From assembly GCA_041483195.1 (NCBI GenBank), contig JBGPFC010000002.1:159706-223705 (forward strand): 64,000 bases of DNA, given 5' to 3'. The notes beneath the pieces are model-generated. The model was not told the origin of the DNA. It ran no database searches and saw only the letters and a program-made list of their open reading frames with translations. Made by a program: the position numbers and the translations under genes. This DNA comes from Candidatus Eiseniibacteriota bacterium (lineage in GTDB: Bacteria > Eisenbacteria > RBG-16-71-46). Positions 10,974-21,316 of this stretch are shown piece after piece; position 1 is the first letter of the stretch; every line of letters begins with the position of its first letter.

Positions 10974-13091
10974 ATGCCATTCGAACTGCGCGCCCCATAC
11001 TCGCCCCGCGGCGACCAGCCCGACGCCATCGCCGAGCTGGCCTCCGGCCTCGAGCGTGGCGACCGTTACCAGACCCTGCTGGGCGTGACGGGTTCGGGAA
11101 AGACCTACACGGTCGCCAACGTGATCGCGCGGTGGAAGCGGCCCACCCTCGTCATCTCGCACAACAAGACGCTCGCGGCCCAGCTCTACGGCGAGTTCCG
11201 CCAGTTCTTCCCGGACAACGCGGTGGGCTACTTCATCTCGTACTACGACTACTACCAGCCCGAAGCCTACGTTCCATCGACCAACACCTACATCGCGAAG
11301 GACGCGAGCATCAATGACGACATCGACCGGCTGCGGCTGCAGGCCACATCGATGCTGCTCGAGCGCGAAGACGTCATCATCGTCGCGAGCGTCTCGTGCA
11401 TCTACGGGCTGGGGACGCCCGAGGACTGGAAGGGGATGCGGCTGAACGCGGCCGCCGGCGAGCGTGTGAGCCGTCGCGACCTGCTCGAGAAGCTGGTCTC
11501 GATCCAGTACCAGCGCAACGACATCGAGGTGGGGCGCGGCTGCTTCCGCGTGCGCGGCGACGTGGTCGAGGTGCATCCGGCGTACGAAGACACGATCGTG
11601 CGCATCGAGCTGGACGACGACGTGGTGGCGCGCATCTCGGCGGTGGACCCGGTGACGGGACAGGTGCAGCGCCGCATGGAGAAGCTGGCGCTCTACCCGG
11701 CCAAGCACTTCGTGACGCCCGAGCCCCGAATGCACGCCGCGCTCGCGGGCATCCGCGCGGAGTTGAACCAGCAGCTCGAGAAGTTCCGCGTCGATGGCAA
11801 GCTGCTCGAGGCGCAGCGGCTCAAGCAGCGCACCGACTACGACCTCGAGATGCTGCGCTCGATCGGCACCTGCCCCGGGGTGGAGAACTACTCGCGCCAT
11901 CTCTCGGGGCGCGCGGCGGGCGAGCGCCCGGGCTGCCTGATCGACTACTTCCCAGACGACTTCCTGCTGGTGATCGACGAATCGCACGTCACCGTCCCGC
12001 AGATCGGGGCCATGTACGAGGGCGACCGCTCACGCAAGCAGACGCTGGTCGAGTTCGGATTCCGCCTGCCCTCGGCGCTCGACAACCGCCCGCTTCGCTT
12101 CGACGAGTTCGAGACCCTCACCGGGCCGACGCTGTTCGTATCGGCGACGCCGGCCGAGTACGAACTGCAGAAGACGCGGGGCGTCGTGGTCGAGCAGATC
12201 ATCCGGCCCACCGGGCTGGTGGATCCCGAGGTCGAGGTGAAGCCGATCCAGGGCCAGGTGGACGACCTGCTGGCCGAGATCCGCACGCGCGTCGAGCACC
12301 GGGAACGCGTGCTGGTCACGACCCTCACCAAGCGCATGGCCGAGGACCTGACCGACTACCTGAAGGAGATGGGCGTCCGCGTGCGCTACCTCCACAGCGA
12401 CATCGATGCCCTCGAACGCGTCAACATCCTGCGCGGACTTCGCCTCGCCGACTTCGACGTGCTGGTGGGCATCAACCTGTTGCGCGAGGGACTCGACCTC
12501 CCCGAGGTGTCGCTGGTGGCGATCCTCGACGCCGACAAGGAGGGCTTCCTGCGCTCGGAGCGCTCCCTGATCCAGACCGCGGGACGGGCCGCGCGCAACG
12601 TGAGCGGGCGCGTGGTGCTGTACGCCGACGTCATGACCGACTCGATGCGGCGCGCGCTCGAGGAATTCGCGCGCCGGCGCACGAAGCAGCTCGAGTACAA
12701 CCGCGCGAACGGCATCACGCCCCGCACCGTCGAGAAGAGCGTACAGGACGTGATGCGCTCGACCTCGGTGGCCGACTCGATCGGCGCGAGCGAGGAGCAG
12801 GAGGTGCGCGCGTTGCTGGGAGCGATCGGCGAGGACGGCCCGGAGGCGCTGGTCGCGCGCCTCGAGGCCGAGATGCTGGATGCCGCCCGCAAGCTGGAGT
12901 TCGAGCGCGCGGCGTCGCTGCGGGACCGGATCGACGAGGTGCGGCTCGCGCTCGGCGCCGCGGAGCGCATGGGCCTGACCCCTGCGCAGTCCGCGCATGC
13001 CGCGGCGGGCGGTCCCGAGGGTCCGCTGGTGAGACGCCGGACGCCGCGGGAGCCGCGCGCCGTGAAGCGCCGCTTCGGGCGGGATCGCTGA
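10974..13091 (+). CDS. uvrB: Excinuclease ABC subunit B
   Basis: [32 protein letters not shown] and QTAGRAARN motifs plus the C-terminal UVR domain. Confidence 0.97.
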   Translation: MPFELRAPYSPRGDQPDAIAELASGLERGDRYQTLLGVTGSGKTYTVANVIARWKRPTLVISHNKTLAAQLYGEFRQFFPDNAVGYFISYYDYYQPEAYVPSTNTYIAKDASINDDIDRLRLQATSMLLEREDVIIVASVSCIYGLGTPEDWKGMRLNAAAGERVSRRDLLEKLVSIQYQRNDIEVGRGCFRVRGDVVEVHPAYEDTIVRIELDDDVVARISAVDPVTGQVQRRMEKLALYPAKHFVTPEPRMHAALAGIRAELNQQLEKFRVDGKLLEAQRLKQRTDYDLEMLRSIGTCPGVENYSRHLSGRAAGERPGCLIDYFPDDFLLVIDESHVTVPQIGAMYEGDRSRKQTLVEFGFRLPSALDNRPLRFDEFETLTGPTLFVSATPAEYELQKTRGVVVEQIIRPTGLVDPEVEVKPIQGQVDDLLAEIRTRVEHRERVLVTTLTKRMAEDLTDYLKEMGVRVRYLHSDIDALERVNILRGLRLADFDVLVGINLLREGLDLPEVSLVAILDADKEGFLRSERSLIQTAGRAARNVSGRVVLYADVMTDSMRRALEEFARRRTKQLEYNRANGITPRTVEKSVQDVMRSTSVADSIGASEEQEVRALLGAIGEDGPEALVARLEAEMLDAARKLEFERAASLRDRIDEVRLALGAAERMGLTPAQSAHAAAGGPEGPLVRRRTPREPRAVKRRFGRDR

Positions 13092-13092
13092 C

Positions 13093-13986
13093 ATGCTCGA
13101 AGCCATCGCGTTGCCGATCGTGAAGTACGCGCTGAGCGAAGACGTGGGGACCGGCGACATCACGACGCTCAATGCGATTCCATCGGGCGTGAACGCCCGG
13201 GCGGCGATCATGGCGCACGCGCCGGGCGTGATCGCGGGGCTCGACGTGGCGCGGCTCACGTTTCGCGAGGGGGACGCCGGTCTCAAGTTTCGCCCGCTCG
13301 CGCGCGACGGCGACGCGGTCGAGGCCGGCGCGGCGGTCGCGCAGGTCATTGGCGACGTGGGCGGCATCCTCAAGGTCGAGCGCACGGCGCTCAACTTCCT
13401 CCAGCACCTGTCGGGCATCGCCACCCTCACGCGCCGCTACGTCGACGCCGTGCGCGGCACCGGCGTGATCATCCTCGACACGCGCAAGACCACGCCCGGT
13501 CTGCGCTTCCTCGAGAAGTACGCGGTCACGGCGGGCGGGGGCGAGAACCACCGCCTCGCGCTCTGGGACATGTACCTGGTCAAGGACAACCACGTGCGCG
13601 CGGCCGGCGGCCTCACCGCGGCGATCGATCGCATCTCGCGCACCCGACAGGGCGACCTGCTGCTCGAGGTCGAGGTGGAGTCGCTCGATCAGCTGCGCGA
13701 GGCGCTGCGTCCCGAGGTGGACCGCATCCTGGTGGACAACCGTCCGCCCGAGGAGGTGCGGATCGCGGTCGCCGAGGTGGACCGCTGGTGCGCGGAGCAG
13801 CGTGAGCCCAGCCCGCGACGCACCGCGGCCGCGAAGCGCTGGCCCGAGGTCGAAGTCTCGGGCGGCGTCAACCTCGACAGCGTGCGCGCCTTCGCCGCCA
13901 CCGGCACGGACTACATTTCGGTCGGCGCGCTCACGCACAGCGCGCCCGCGCTGAATCTGAGCCTGGAGATCGAGGAAGTTGGCTGA
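13093..13986 (+). CDS. nadC: Quinolinate phosphoribosyltransferase
   Basis: ERTALNFLQHLSGIAT, DTRKTTPG, KDNH and SVGALTHS motifs. Confidence 0.96.
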   Translation: MLEAIALPIVKYALSEDVGTGDITTLNAIPSGVNARAAIMAHAPGVIAGLDVARLTFREGDAGLKFRPLARDGDAVEAGAAVAQVIGDVGGILKVERTALNFLQHLSGIATLTRRYVDAVRGTGVIILDTRKTTPGLRFLEKYAVTAGGGENHRLALWDMYLVKDNHVRAAGGLTAAIDRISRTRQGDLLLEVEVESLDQLREALRPEVDRILVDNRPPEEVRIAVAEVDRWCAEQREPSPRRTAAAKRWPEVEVSGGVNLDSVRAFAATGTDYISVGALTHSAPALNLSLEIEEVG

Positions 13987-14788
13987 GACCCTCTTCGAAC
14001 GCGCCGCGTACGAAGCGCGGCTCACCACGCGCAGCCTCGGGCGCACGCTGATCGCGCGCGCCGAGGTCGCATCCACCAACGACGTCGCGTGGGACGCGCT
14101 GGGGGAAGGCCTGCCCGACGGCACGGCGGTGGTCGCCGATGCGCAGACCCGGGGCCGCGGGCGCGCGGGCCGCGACTGGCACACCGGCCCCGGCAAGGGC
14201 CTCGCGCTGAGCGTGCTGCTCCAATCGGGCTGCGATCGCCGGCCGCTCGGCCTGCTGCCGCTCGCGGCGGGCCTCGCGCTCGCCCGCGGGCTGGAGCGGC
14301 TCGGCGCGCGCGCCGAGCTCAAGTGGCCGAACGATCTACTGCTGGCGGGCCGCAAGCTGGCGGGCGTGTTGTGCGAGAGCCGCGGCGTGCGCGGCGCCGA
14401 GGCCGCCGTGATCGGCGCCGGCGTCAACGTCGCGCACGCGCCAGAGGATTTTCCGCCGGCGCTGGCGGCGGTCGCGACCTCGCTCGCGATGGAGGGCTGC
14501 GTCACGACCCGTGAGGCGGTGGCCGCCGAGTTCCTGAACGCGCTCGAGCCGCTGTGGAACGAGCTGCGGGAGGGAGATCCCATGGCGGTGCTGGGCGCGT
14601 GGCGATCGCGGGCCGGCTTCTGGGGCCGCGCGGTGCGCGTGCGGACCCCGGGCGGGCCGGTCGATGGCATCGCGCGCGCCCTCGACGACGACGGGGCACT
14701 CGTGATCGAGGACGCGAGCGGCGCGACGATCACCGTGCTGGCGGGCGACCTCGACATCGCGGGCGCGAGCGTGCGCGAGGGCGCATGA
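13979..14788 (+). CDS. birA: Biotin-protein ligase without an N-terminal HTH
   Basis: STN, QTRGRGRAGRDW, KWPND and KLAGVL motifs. Confidence 0.93.
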   Translation: MAETLFERAAYEARLTTRSLGRTLIARAEVASTNDVAWDALGEGLPDGTAVVADAQTRGRGRAGRDWHTGPGKGLALSVLLQSGCDRRPLGLLPLAAGLALARGLERLGARAELKWPNDLLLAGRKLAGVLCESRGVRGAEAAVIGAGVNVAHAPEDFPPALAAVATSLAMEGCVTTREAVAAEFLNALEPLWNELREGDPMAVLGAWRSRAGFWGRAVRVRTPGGPVDGIARALDDDGALVIEDASGATITVLAGDLDIAGASVREGA

Positions 14789-15561
14789 AGCCCGATCCGC
14801 GGCAAACCGGCGAGATGACGTTTCTCGAGCATCTCGAGGAGCTGCGCAAGGTGCTCACCCATGCGATCATCGCCTGCCTGATCGGCGCGTTGATCGGCTG
14901 GTGGATCGCGCCGCGCGTGCTCGAGGACGTCATCCGACGCACGGTGAAGCAGGCGGTCGTGCTCTCGCCGCTCGAGGCATTCAACGAGCGGTTGAAGCTG
15001 GCGCTCATCCTGGGCCTCATGCTGTCGCTGCCGGTGGTGTTCTACCGCGTCTGGAGCTTCGTGGTGCCCGGGCTCATGAAGCGCGAGCGCTCGATGATCC
15101 TGCCGATGGTGTTCGCGTCCATGCTGCTGTTCGCCCTGGGCGCGTGGGCCGCGTACGGCTACGTGGTGCCGCTCGTGATCCAGGTGTTGAGCGGCTTCAT
15201 GACCCCCAGCATGAAGGCCGAGATCCGGCTCGGCTCGCTGCTCGGATTCGTATACAACATGGCGCTCGCGTGTGGAGTGGTGTTTCAGCTGCCGCTGGTG
15301 ACCATGACGCTCACCGCGATCGGCCTGGTGACGCCCCGCATGCTGCTCCAGCAATGGCGCTTCGCGATCGTCGGCGCGTTCTTCGTCACCGCCATCATCA
15401 CCCCGGGCGACGTGGTCACCGCCCAGCTCGTGATGGGCGTGCCGATGACCGCGCTCTACTTCTTGAGCGTGGGATTGTCCTACCTGGTCGCGCGCCGCAA
15501 GCGCGCGAACCCGTCCGAGGTGAAGGCCGATGCACTGGAGGGAAGCGGCGATGCCATCTGA
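14785..15561 (+). CDS. tatC: Twin-arginine translocase subunit C
   Basis: MTFLEHLEELR, FVVPGL, FQLP and IITPGD motifs. Confidence 0.95.
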   Translation: MKPDPRQTGEMTFLEHLEELRKVLTHAIIACLIGALIGWWIAPRVLEDVIRRTVKQAVVLSPLEAFNERLKLALILGLMLSLPVVFYRVWSFVVPGLMKRERSMILPMVFASMLLFALGAWAAYGYVVPLVIQVLSGFMTPSMKAEIRLGSLLGFVYNMALACGVVFQLPLVTMTLTAIGLVTPRMLLQQWRFAIVGAFFVTAIITPGDVVTAQLVMGVPMTALYFLSVGLSYLVARRKRANPSEVKADALEGSGDAI

Positions 15562-16408
15562 ACGGAAGAGCGGAAGCGGCCGCGGCGGCGCGAGGCCCGC
15601 GGCGCGCGCGGCCGCGGCGGCGCACGTTCGCGGCGGAGCGCGGGCCGCGCAGGAGCTGATCGCGGTGGACGTCGGCAACAGCGAGACGGTGGTGGGCCTG
15701 TTCCGCGGCGAAGCCATCGCGGGTTTCTGGCGGCTCACCAGCGGGCGGCTCACGGCCGACGAGCTCGGACTCCAGCTCGAGCTGCTGTTGCGCGCGGCGC
15801 CGCGCGGCGTGCGGCGCGGTGCCGTGTTGTGCTCGGTCGCTCCCGCCCTCACGCTGGCGTGGATCACGGCGCTGGAGCGCGCGACCGGCGCCCCGCCGGT
15901 CGAGGTCAGCGCCGCGACCGCGAAGGATCTCCCGATCCGCTACCACGACAAGAGCGCGGTGGGCGCCGACCGCATCGCGAACGCGATCGCCGCGCGGGGG
16001 CTCTACGGAACGCCGGCGATCGTGGTGGATCTCGGCACCGCGACCACCTTCGATTGCATCTCGCGGCAGGGCGCGTATCTCGGCGGGATCATCGCGCCGG
16101 GTGTCATGACGTCGGCGGAGGAACTGTTCCGCCGCGCGGCTCGCATTCCGCGCGTGGAGCTTCGCAGGCCGGCGCGCGCGCTCGGCCGCACCACCGAGGA
16201 GTCGCTGCGGGCGGGCGTGCTGTGGGGCGCCTCCGGGCAGGTGGATTCGTTGGTGCGCCGCCTCGCGCTCGAGATGCAGGGCACGCCTCACGTCATCGCG
16301 ACCGGAGGACTCGCGCCCGTCATCGCCCCCGAGTGCGAGACCGTGAACTTCGTGGACGAGACGCTCACCCTCAAGGGCATGCGGCTCGTGTGGGAGAAGG
16401 CCTCGTGA
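15551..16408 (+). CDS. coaX: Type III pantothenate kinase
   Basis: VDVGNS, VGADR, DLGTATTFD, GGIIAPG and IATGG motifs. Confidence 0.95.
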   Translation: MPSERKSGSGRGGARPAARAAAAAHVRGGARAAQELIAVDVGNSETVVGLFRGEAIAGFWRLTSGRLTADELGLQLELLLRAAPRGVRRGAVLCSVAPALTLAWITALERATGAPPVEVSAATAKDLPIRYHDKSAVGADRIANAIAARGLYGTPAIVVDLGTATTFDCISRQGAYLGGIIAPGVMTSAEELFRRAARIPRVELRRPARALGRTTEESLRAGVLWGASGQVDSLVRRLALEMQGTPHVIATGGLAPVIAPECETVNFVDETLTLKGMRLVWEKAS

Positions 16409-18282
16409 GGCCCGCCGGTTTCACCCCGCGGCCTCGCTCGGAGGTCCGGTCGATGCCGCGCGGCGCGCGCGGCGCTTCGGCCATGATGGTGCTCGGCGCG
16501 ATCGTGCTCGCGGCCGGCGGCGCGCCCGGCGCCGCGCGCGACGGCGATTCGCCCGACACGCGGCTCCAGACATCCGTCGTCCGGCGCCTCGCGGATCCGG
16601 CGTGGGAGGGGCGCGGCGTCGGCACCGCCGGACTCGATTCGGCCGCCGTGTTCGTCGCCGGTGCGATGAGGCGGACGGGACTCACGCCGGCGGGAGACGA
16701 CGGCGGCTACTTCCAGGCGATGGAGGTCACGACCGGCGTCGCGCTGGGCGAGCCGTGCGCGATCGAGATCGGCGGCGTGCGCCACGACGTCGGCGAGGCC
16801 TTCATGCCGCTCGGCTTCTCGACCAACGGGCGGCTGCATGCGCCGGTGGTGTTCGCGGGCTACGGCATCTCCGCGCCCGGAATGGAGTACGACGACTACG
16901 CGGGGCTCGACGCCCGCGACAAGCTGGTGCTGGTGATGACCAACGAGCCGGGCGAGATGGACTCGACCAGCCGCTTCGATGGAAGCGTCAACACCCCGCA
17001 CGCGGAGCTGCGCACCAAGGCGATCAACGCGCGCGAGCACGGCGCGCTCGGCATGCTGGTCGTCAACGGGCCGAAGTTTCACTCGGGAGAGCCCCTCCGA
17101 AAGCCGCGTGGCGAGGGCGGTGGCTACATGACGAGCGGCCTGATCGCGGCGCAGGTGTCCGAGCCGCTCGCGGACGCGCTGCTGGCGCCGCTCGGCATCA
17201 CGCTCGCTCAGGCGCAGGCGGCGATCGAGGCCCACGCGAAGCCGCACAGCCTGGCGTTCGCCGAATCCGCGACGGTCACGGTGACGCTTCGGCGGACGCG
17301 CGCACGGATCGAGAACGTGGTGGGTTGGATCCCCGGACGCGACACCACGCGCACGCTCGTGATCGGCGCGCACTACGATCATCTCGGGTACGGCGGCGAG
17401 GGCTCGCTCGCGCCCGACCTGCACGTGCCGCATGTCGGGGCGGACGACAACGCGTCGGGGGTCGCGGCGATGCTGAGCGTGGCCGCGGACTCGCGCGCGC
17501 GCATGGCGCGCGGCTGGCGCCCGGAGCACAACCTGGTGTTCTGCGCGTTCACCGGCGAGGAGATCGGGCTGGTGGGCTCCGCGCACTTCGTGGATGCCCC
17601 GAGCCGTCCGCTCGAATCGATCGAGGCGATGCTCAACATGGACATGGTCGGGCGGCTGCGCGACGACAAGCTGATGGTGATGGGGGTGGGCACCGCCGGC
17701 GAATTCGATTCGCTGGTCCGGGGCGTGAACCGGGCGGCCGGGCACTTCGACCTGAAGACCTCGACCGACGGTTACGGCCCGAGCGATCACTCCTCGTTCT
17801 ACAAGCGCCAGATTCCGGTGCTCATGCTGTTCACGGGCGCGCACCCCGACTACCACAAGCCCAGCGACACCCCCGACAAGATCAACTTCCAGGGGCTCGC
17901 GCGCGTCGCCGGCTTCGCGACGGCCATCGTCGACTCGCTCGATCTGCGGCCCCGGGTGCACTACGAGAAGGCGAAGGCCGACAGCAGCGTGGGCCGCATC
18001 GCGGGCGGCGGCGGCTACGGCGCATACCTCGGCACCATCCCGGATTACATGCAGACCGAGGGCGGTGTGCTGCTCTCGGGCGTGCGCGCCGGCGGTCCCG
18101 CCGATCAGGCCGGCATTCGCGGCGGCGACGTGATCGTGAAGTTCGACGGGGTGCACATCGACAACATCTACGACTACACCTACGCGTTGCGTTCGCGGAA
18201 GCCCGGCCAGCTGGTCCGGATCACCGTGAAGCGCGGCGGCGCGGAGCAGGACTTGATCGTGACGCTCGGGAGGAGACCGTGA
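16405..18282 (+). CDS. Secreted M28-family peptidase with PA and PDZ domains
   Basis: GAHYDH, GADDNASG, FTGEE, NMDM, SDH and DYHKPSD motifs plus a C-terminal PDZ. The start is uncertain (16405, 16453 or 16483). Confidence 0.9.
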   Translation: MRPAGFTPRPRSEVRSMPRGARGASAMMVLGAIVLAAGGAPGAARDGDSPDTRLQTSVVRRLADPAWEGRGVGTAGLDSAAVFVAGAMRRTGLTPAGDDGGYFQAMEVTTGVALGEPCAIEIGGVRHDVGEAFMPLGFSTNGRLHAPVVFAGYGISAPGMEYDDYAGLDARDKLVLVMTNEPGEMDSTSRFDGSVNTPHAELRTKAINAREHGALGMLVVNGPKFHSGEPLRKPRGEGGGYMTSGLIAAQVSEPLADALLAPLGITLAQAQAAIEAHAKPHSLAFAESATVTVTLRRTRARIENVVGWIPGRDTTRTLVIGAHYDHLGYGGEGSLAPDLHVPHVGADDNASGVAAMLSVAADSRARMARGWRPEHNLVFCAFTGEEIGLVGSAHFVDAPSRPLESIEAMLNMDMVGRLRDDKLMVMGVGTAGEFDSLVRGVNRAAGHFDLKTSTDGYGPSDHSSFYKRQIPVLMLFTGAHPDYHKPSDTPDKINFQGLARVAGFATAIVDSLDLRPRVHYEKAKADSSVGRIAGGGGYGAYLGTIPDYMQTEGGVLLSGVRAGGPADQAGIRGGDVIVKFDGVHIDNIYDYTYALRSRKPGQLVRITVKRGGAEQDLIVTLGRRP

Positions 18283-19397
18283 ACATGCAGCACATCCAGT
18301 CGCGCAGGGTCGTGAGGATCGGAGCGGTCGCCGCGGCGATCGCGTTGCTGGGCTGGAGTTCGACGCCCGTTTGGGCGGGACGACTCGATGCCCGGCCGGT
18401 GCCGCCCACCGCGGTCAGTCAGGACAGCCTGATCCGGGTCGGCGAGCATCACTTCGAGCACCTGTGGCAGCTCACGTTCGGCGGCGAGAATGCGGAAGGC
18501 TACTGGTCCGCGGGCGGCACCCGGATCATCTTTCAATCCACCCGCGACGGATGGCCCTGCGACCAGATGTTCGTCATGAACATGGAGAGCGGCAAGATCA
18601 CGCGCGTGAGCACGGGCAGGGGCCGCACCACGTGCGGCTACTTCTACGATCACGACCGGCGCGTGCTGTTCTCTTCGACGCATCTGGCCGGGGACTCCTG
18701 CCCGCCGTTGCCCGACTACTCGAAGGGCTACACCTGGCCGCTCTATTCCGGATACGACATCTTCACCGCGCGCCCCGATGGCGGCGATCTGCGGCGCCTC
18801 ACCGATCATCCGGGCTACGAGGCGGAGGCCACGGTCTCCGTGGACGGAAAGTGGATCGTCTTCACGTCGCTGCGTGACGGCGACGTCGACCTCTACAAGA
18901 TGCATCCGGATGGTTCCGGCCTCGTGCGCCTCACGCACGAGCCCGGCTACGACGGCGGAGCGTTCTTCTCGGCCGACGGCCGGTGGATCTGCTGGCGCCG
19001 GAATCCGCTCACCGACTCGACCGCGATCGCCACCTACGGCGAACTGCTCGCGCAGAATCTGGTGCGGCCCACGCGCATGGATCTCTGGGTGATGCGCGCG
19101 GACGGAACCGGCAAGCGGCAGGTGACCGACGACCCCGGCGCCTCGTTCGCGCCGTACTTCACGCCCGATGGCAAGGCGCTCATCTATTCCTCGAACTGGG
19201 AGAACCCAACCGGCCGCAACTTCGACCTTTACCTGGTGGATGTGGCAGGGGGCAGGCCGCGGCCCGTGACGCGCGACGGGAGCTTCGACGGCTTCCCCAT
19301 GTTCAGCCCCGATGGCCACTGGCTGGTGTTCGCCTCCAATCGCGGCGCGAAGGTGCGCGGCGAGACCAACCTGTTCCTCGCGCAGTGGCGGCCCTGA
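18279..19397 (+). CDS. TolB-like/PD40 beta-propeller secreted protein
   Basis: Signal peptide; QLTFGGENAEGYWS and repeated SxDGxWIVF units. Confidence 0.88.
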   Translation: MNMQHIQSRRVVRIGAVAAAIALLGWSSTPVWAGRLDARPVPPTAVSQDSLIRVGEHHFEHLWQLTFGGENAEGYWSAGGTRIIFQSTRDGWPCDQMFVMNMESGKITRVSTGRGRTTCGYFYDHDRRVLFSSTHLAGDSCPPLPDYSKGYTWPLYSGYDIFTARPDGGDLRRLTDHPGYEAEATVSVDGKWIVFTSLRDGDVDLYKMHPDGSGLVRLTHEPGYDGGAFFSADGRWICWRRNPLTDSTAIATYGELLAQNLVRPTRMDLWVMRADGTGKRQVTDDPGASFAPYFTPDGKALIYSSNWENPTGRNFDLYLVDVAGGRPRPVTRDGSFDGFPMFSPDGHWLVFASNRGAKVRGETNLFLAQWRP

Positions 19398-19435
19398 AGC
19401 CGGGCCGCGGCGAGCGCTCGGCGGCTCCTCCCGGA

Positions 19436-21262
19436 GTGCGTGAAGCGGCGGGGGCGGGCGCGCCCGGCCGGGTCGCGACGCGCGGGTCCGGCCCCGCGAC
19501 CTGGGCGGTCCTCGGGCTGCTGGCGGTCTTTCTCGGCGCGTCGTATCCGCACGCGCTGTCGCTGCCCTTCATCAACGACGACTACCTGATCCTCGACAAG
19601 ACCATCCGGCAGTCGCTGGGATCGCTCTGGGCGCCGCGCGACCTGCTGTTCAACTGGTACCGCCCGTGGTCGCGTGAATTCCACTACTGGACGCTGCGAC
19701 ACCTGTTCGGCCTGAACGTGAAGCCCTACCACCTCGCGAGCTTCGCGCTGTGGCTCGCGGACATGACGCTGTTCTTCACGCTCGCGCGGCGCCTCGCCGG
19801 CGGCGCGACCGCCGCGCTCGCCGCCGCGGCCACCGCGGCGCTCGCGGCGTGGGCCGGCTCGCTGCTGTGGGTGGCCGGCGTGCAGGATCTGTGGATGATG
19901 CTGTTCGCGTTTCTCTTCCTCCACGCGTTCGCGCGCCGGCGCGCGGCGTGGAGCGCGGCGTGGCTCGCGCTCGCGCTGCTCAGCAAGGAGCTGGGGGGCG
20001 TGCTCCCGGCGCTCGCGCTGGCGTGGGCGCTGCTCGTGGACCGTGATCGCGCGCGCTCCGCGTGGCGTCGTGTCGCGCCGCTCGCGGCGCTGACCCTGGG
20101 CTGGGCGTTCCTGCATCCGCGACTGCTGGGGCGCATGTGGGGACCGTTCGCGGAAACCGTGGAGAGCGCGGGGCGACCCTCGCCGCTCGCGACCGCCGGC
20201 AAGACGCTGCTCGCGCTGATCAATCTCGAGGCGTGGCCGGCGCCGGTCTCGGGCGCGGGGACGGTGCTGAGCTACAGCGCGATCGGCATCGCGGCGCTCG
20301 GCGCGCTTGCGCTGCTCGCCTGGCGCTCCGCTGCGAACGAGCGGGGGAAGGCGCGTGCGATCGGCGCCGCGCCGGGGAAGCGGCGAGCGCACGCCCGCGC
20401 CGTGCGCGGCGCCGAGGAAGCGGCCGCGCCGGACGCGCGCGCGCCCCGCCCGGTCGCGTTCGCCGCGTGTTGGGCGCTGGTGGGCTCCGCGCCGCTGCTG
20501 CTGCCCTCGATCGGATGGCATGCCTACTATGGATTGTTCGGCGCGTTCGGCGCGTGGCTGATGTTCATGATCGCGCTCGAGCGCCGCCCGGGCATCGCGC
20601 TCGCGGTGGTGCTCGCGCTCGCGGCGATCCGCCCGCTGCGCGCCGACACGCCGTCCTGGGACTGGGCCTCCGACGCGTATCAGCGGCGGGCGGGCTACTT
20701 CCTCCAGCTGCTGCGCGACGACCTGCTGCGCCGGCATCCCACGATGCCGCCTCACGCGCGGCTCTACTTCGCGCGCGTGCCTCGCAATATCGGACTCATC
20801 GCCGGGGACGGTCCCGCGTTCCGCGTGTGGTATCGCGACACCACCATCCGGGCCGGCTACTACTCGTACTATCGCCCGCGCGCGGAGGGCGAGCCCGCCG
20901 GGCCCGACTACTTCTTCCGCTTCGACAGCGTGGGCGCCTGGGTCGAGGTCGTGCCGGGTCGCGAGGACGTTCGGGCCGCGCGGGAACGCGATCCCTATTG
21001 GGAGGCCGACCACCGCGAGCTCGCGCTGCTGCTCGGCACCTCCGACGACTGGCGGGCCGCCGCGCGGGAGCTCGAGAAGCTGGCGGGCGCGTTTCCGGAC
21101 TCGCTCGAATATCCGCTGAACGCGGCGGTGTGCTACGAGAAGCTCGGGGACTCGAGCGCGGCCGCGCGCTGGTACGCGCGCGCGGCCGCGCTCCCCGCGG
21201 CGGATCCGCGCGTGAAGGACGCCGCGCGACACTACGCGCGCCACTTGAAGCCCGCGCCGTAA
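19436..21262 (+). CDS. TMTC-like GT-C membrane protein with a C-terminal TPR
   Basis: FINDDY (DD motif), YRP, YHL and LLSKE motifs, many TMs and a TPR-like tail. The start is uncertain (19394 or 19436). Confidence 0.6.
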   Translation: MREAAGAGAPGRVATRGSGPATWAVLGLLAVFLGASYPHALSLPFINDDYLILDKTIRQSLGSLWAPRDLLFNWYRPWSREFHYWTLRHLFGLNVKPYHLASFALWLADMTLFFTLARRLAGGATAALAAAATAALAAWAGSLLWVAGVQDLWMMLFAFLFLHAFARRRAAWSAAWLALALLSKELGGVLPALALAWALLVDRDRARSAWRRVAPLAALTLGWAFLHPRLLGRMWGPFAETVESAGRPSPLATAGKTLLALINLEAWPAPVSGAGTVLSYSAIGIAALGALALLAWRSAANERGKARAIGAAPGKRRAHARAVRGAEEAAAPDARAPRPVAFAACWALVGSAPLLLPSIGWHAYYGLFGAFGAWLMFMIALERRPGIALAVVLALAAIRPLRADTPSWDWASDAYQRRAGYFLQLLRDDLLRRHPTMPPHARLYFARVPRNIGLIAGDGPAFRVWYRDTTIRAGYYSYYRPRAEGEPAGPDYFFRFDSVGAWVEVVPGREDVRAARERDPYWEADHRELALLLGTSDDWRAAARELEKLAGAFPDSLEYPLNAAVCYEKLGDSSAAARWYARAAALPAADPRVKDAARHYARHLKPAP

Positions 21263-21316
21263 GCGGCTATTGATCCGCGCGGCACGTTGCGCGGCCGGGC
21301 GGACGAAGGGAGCCTG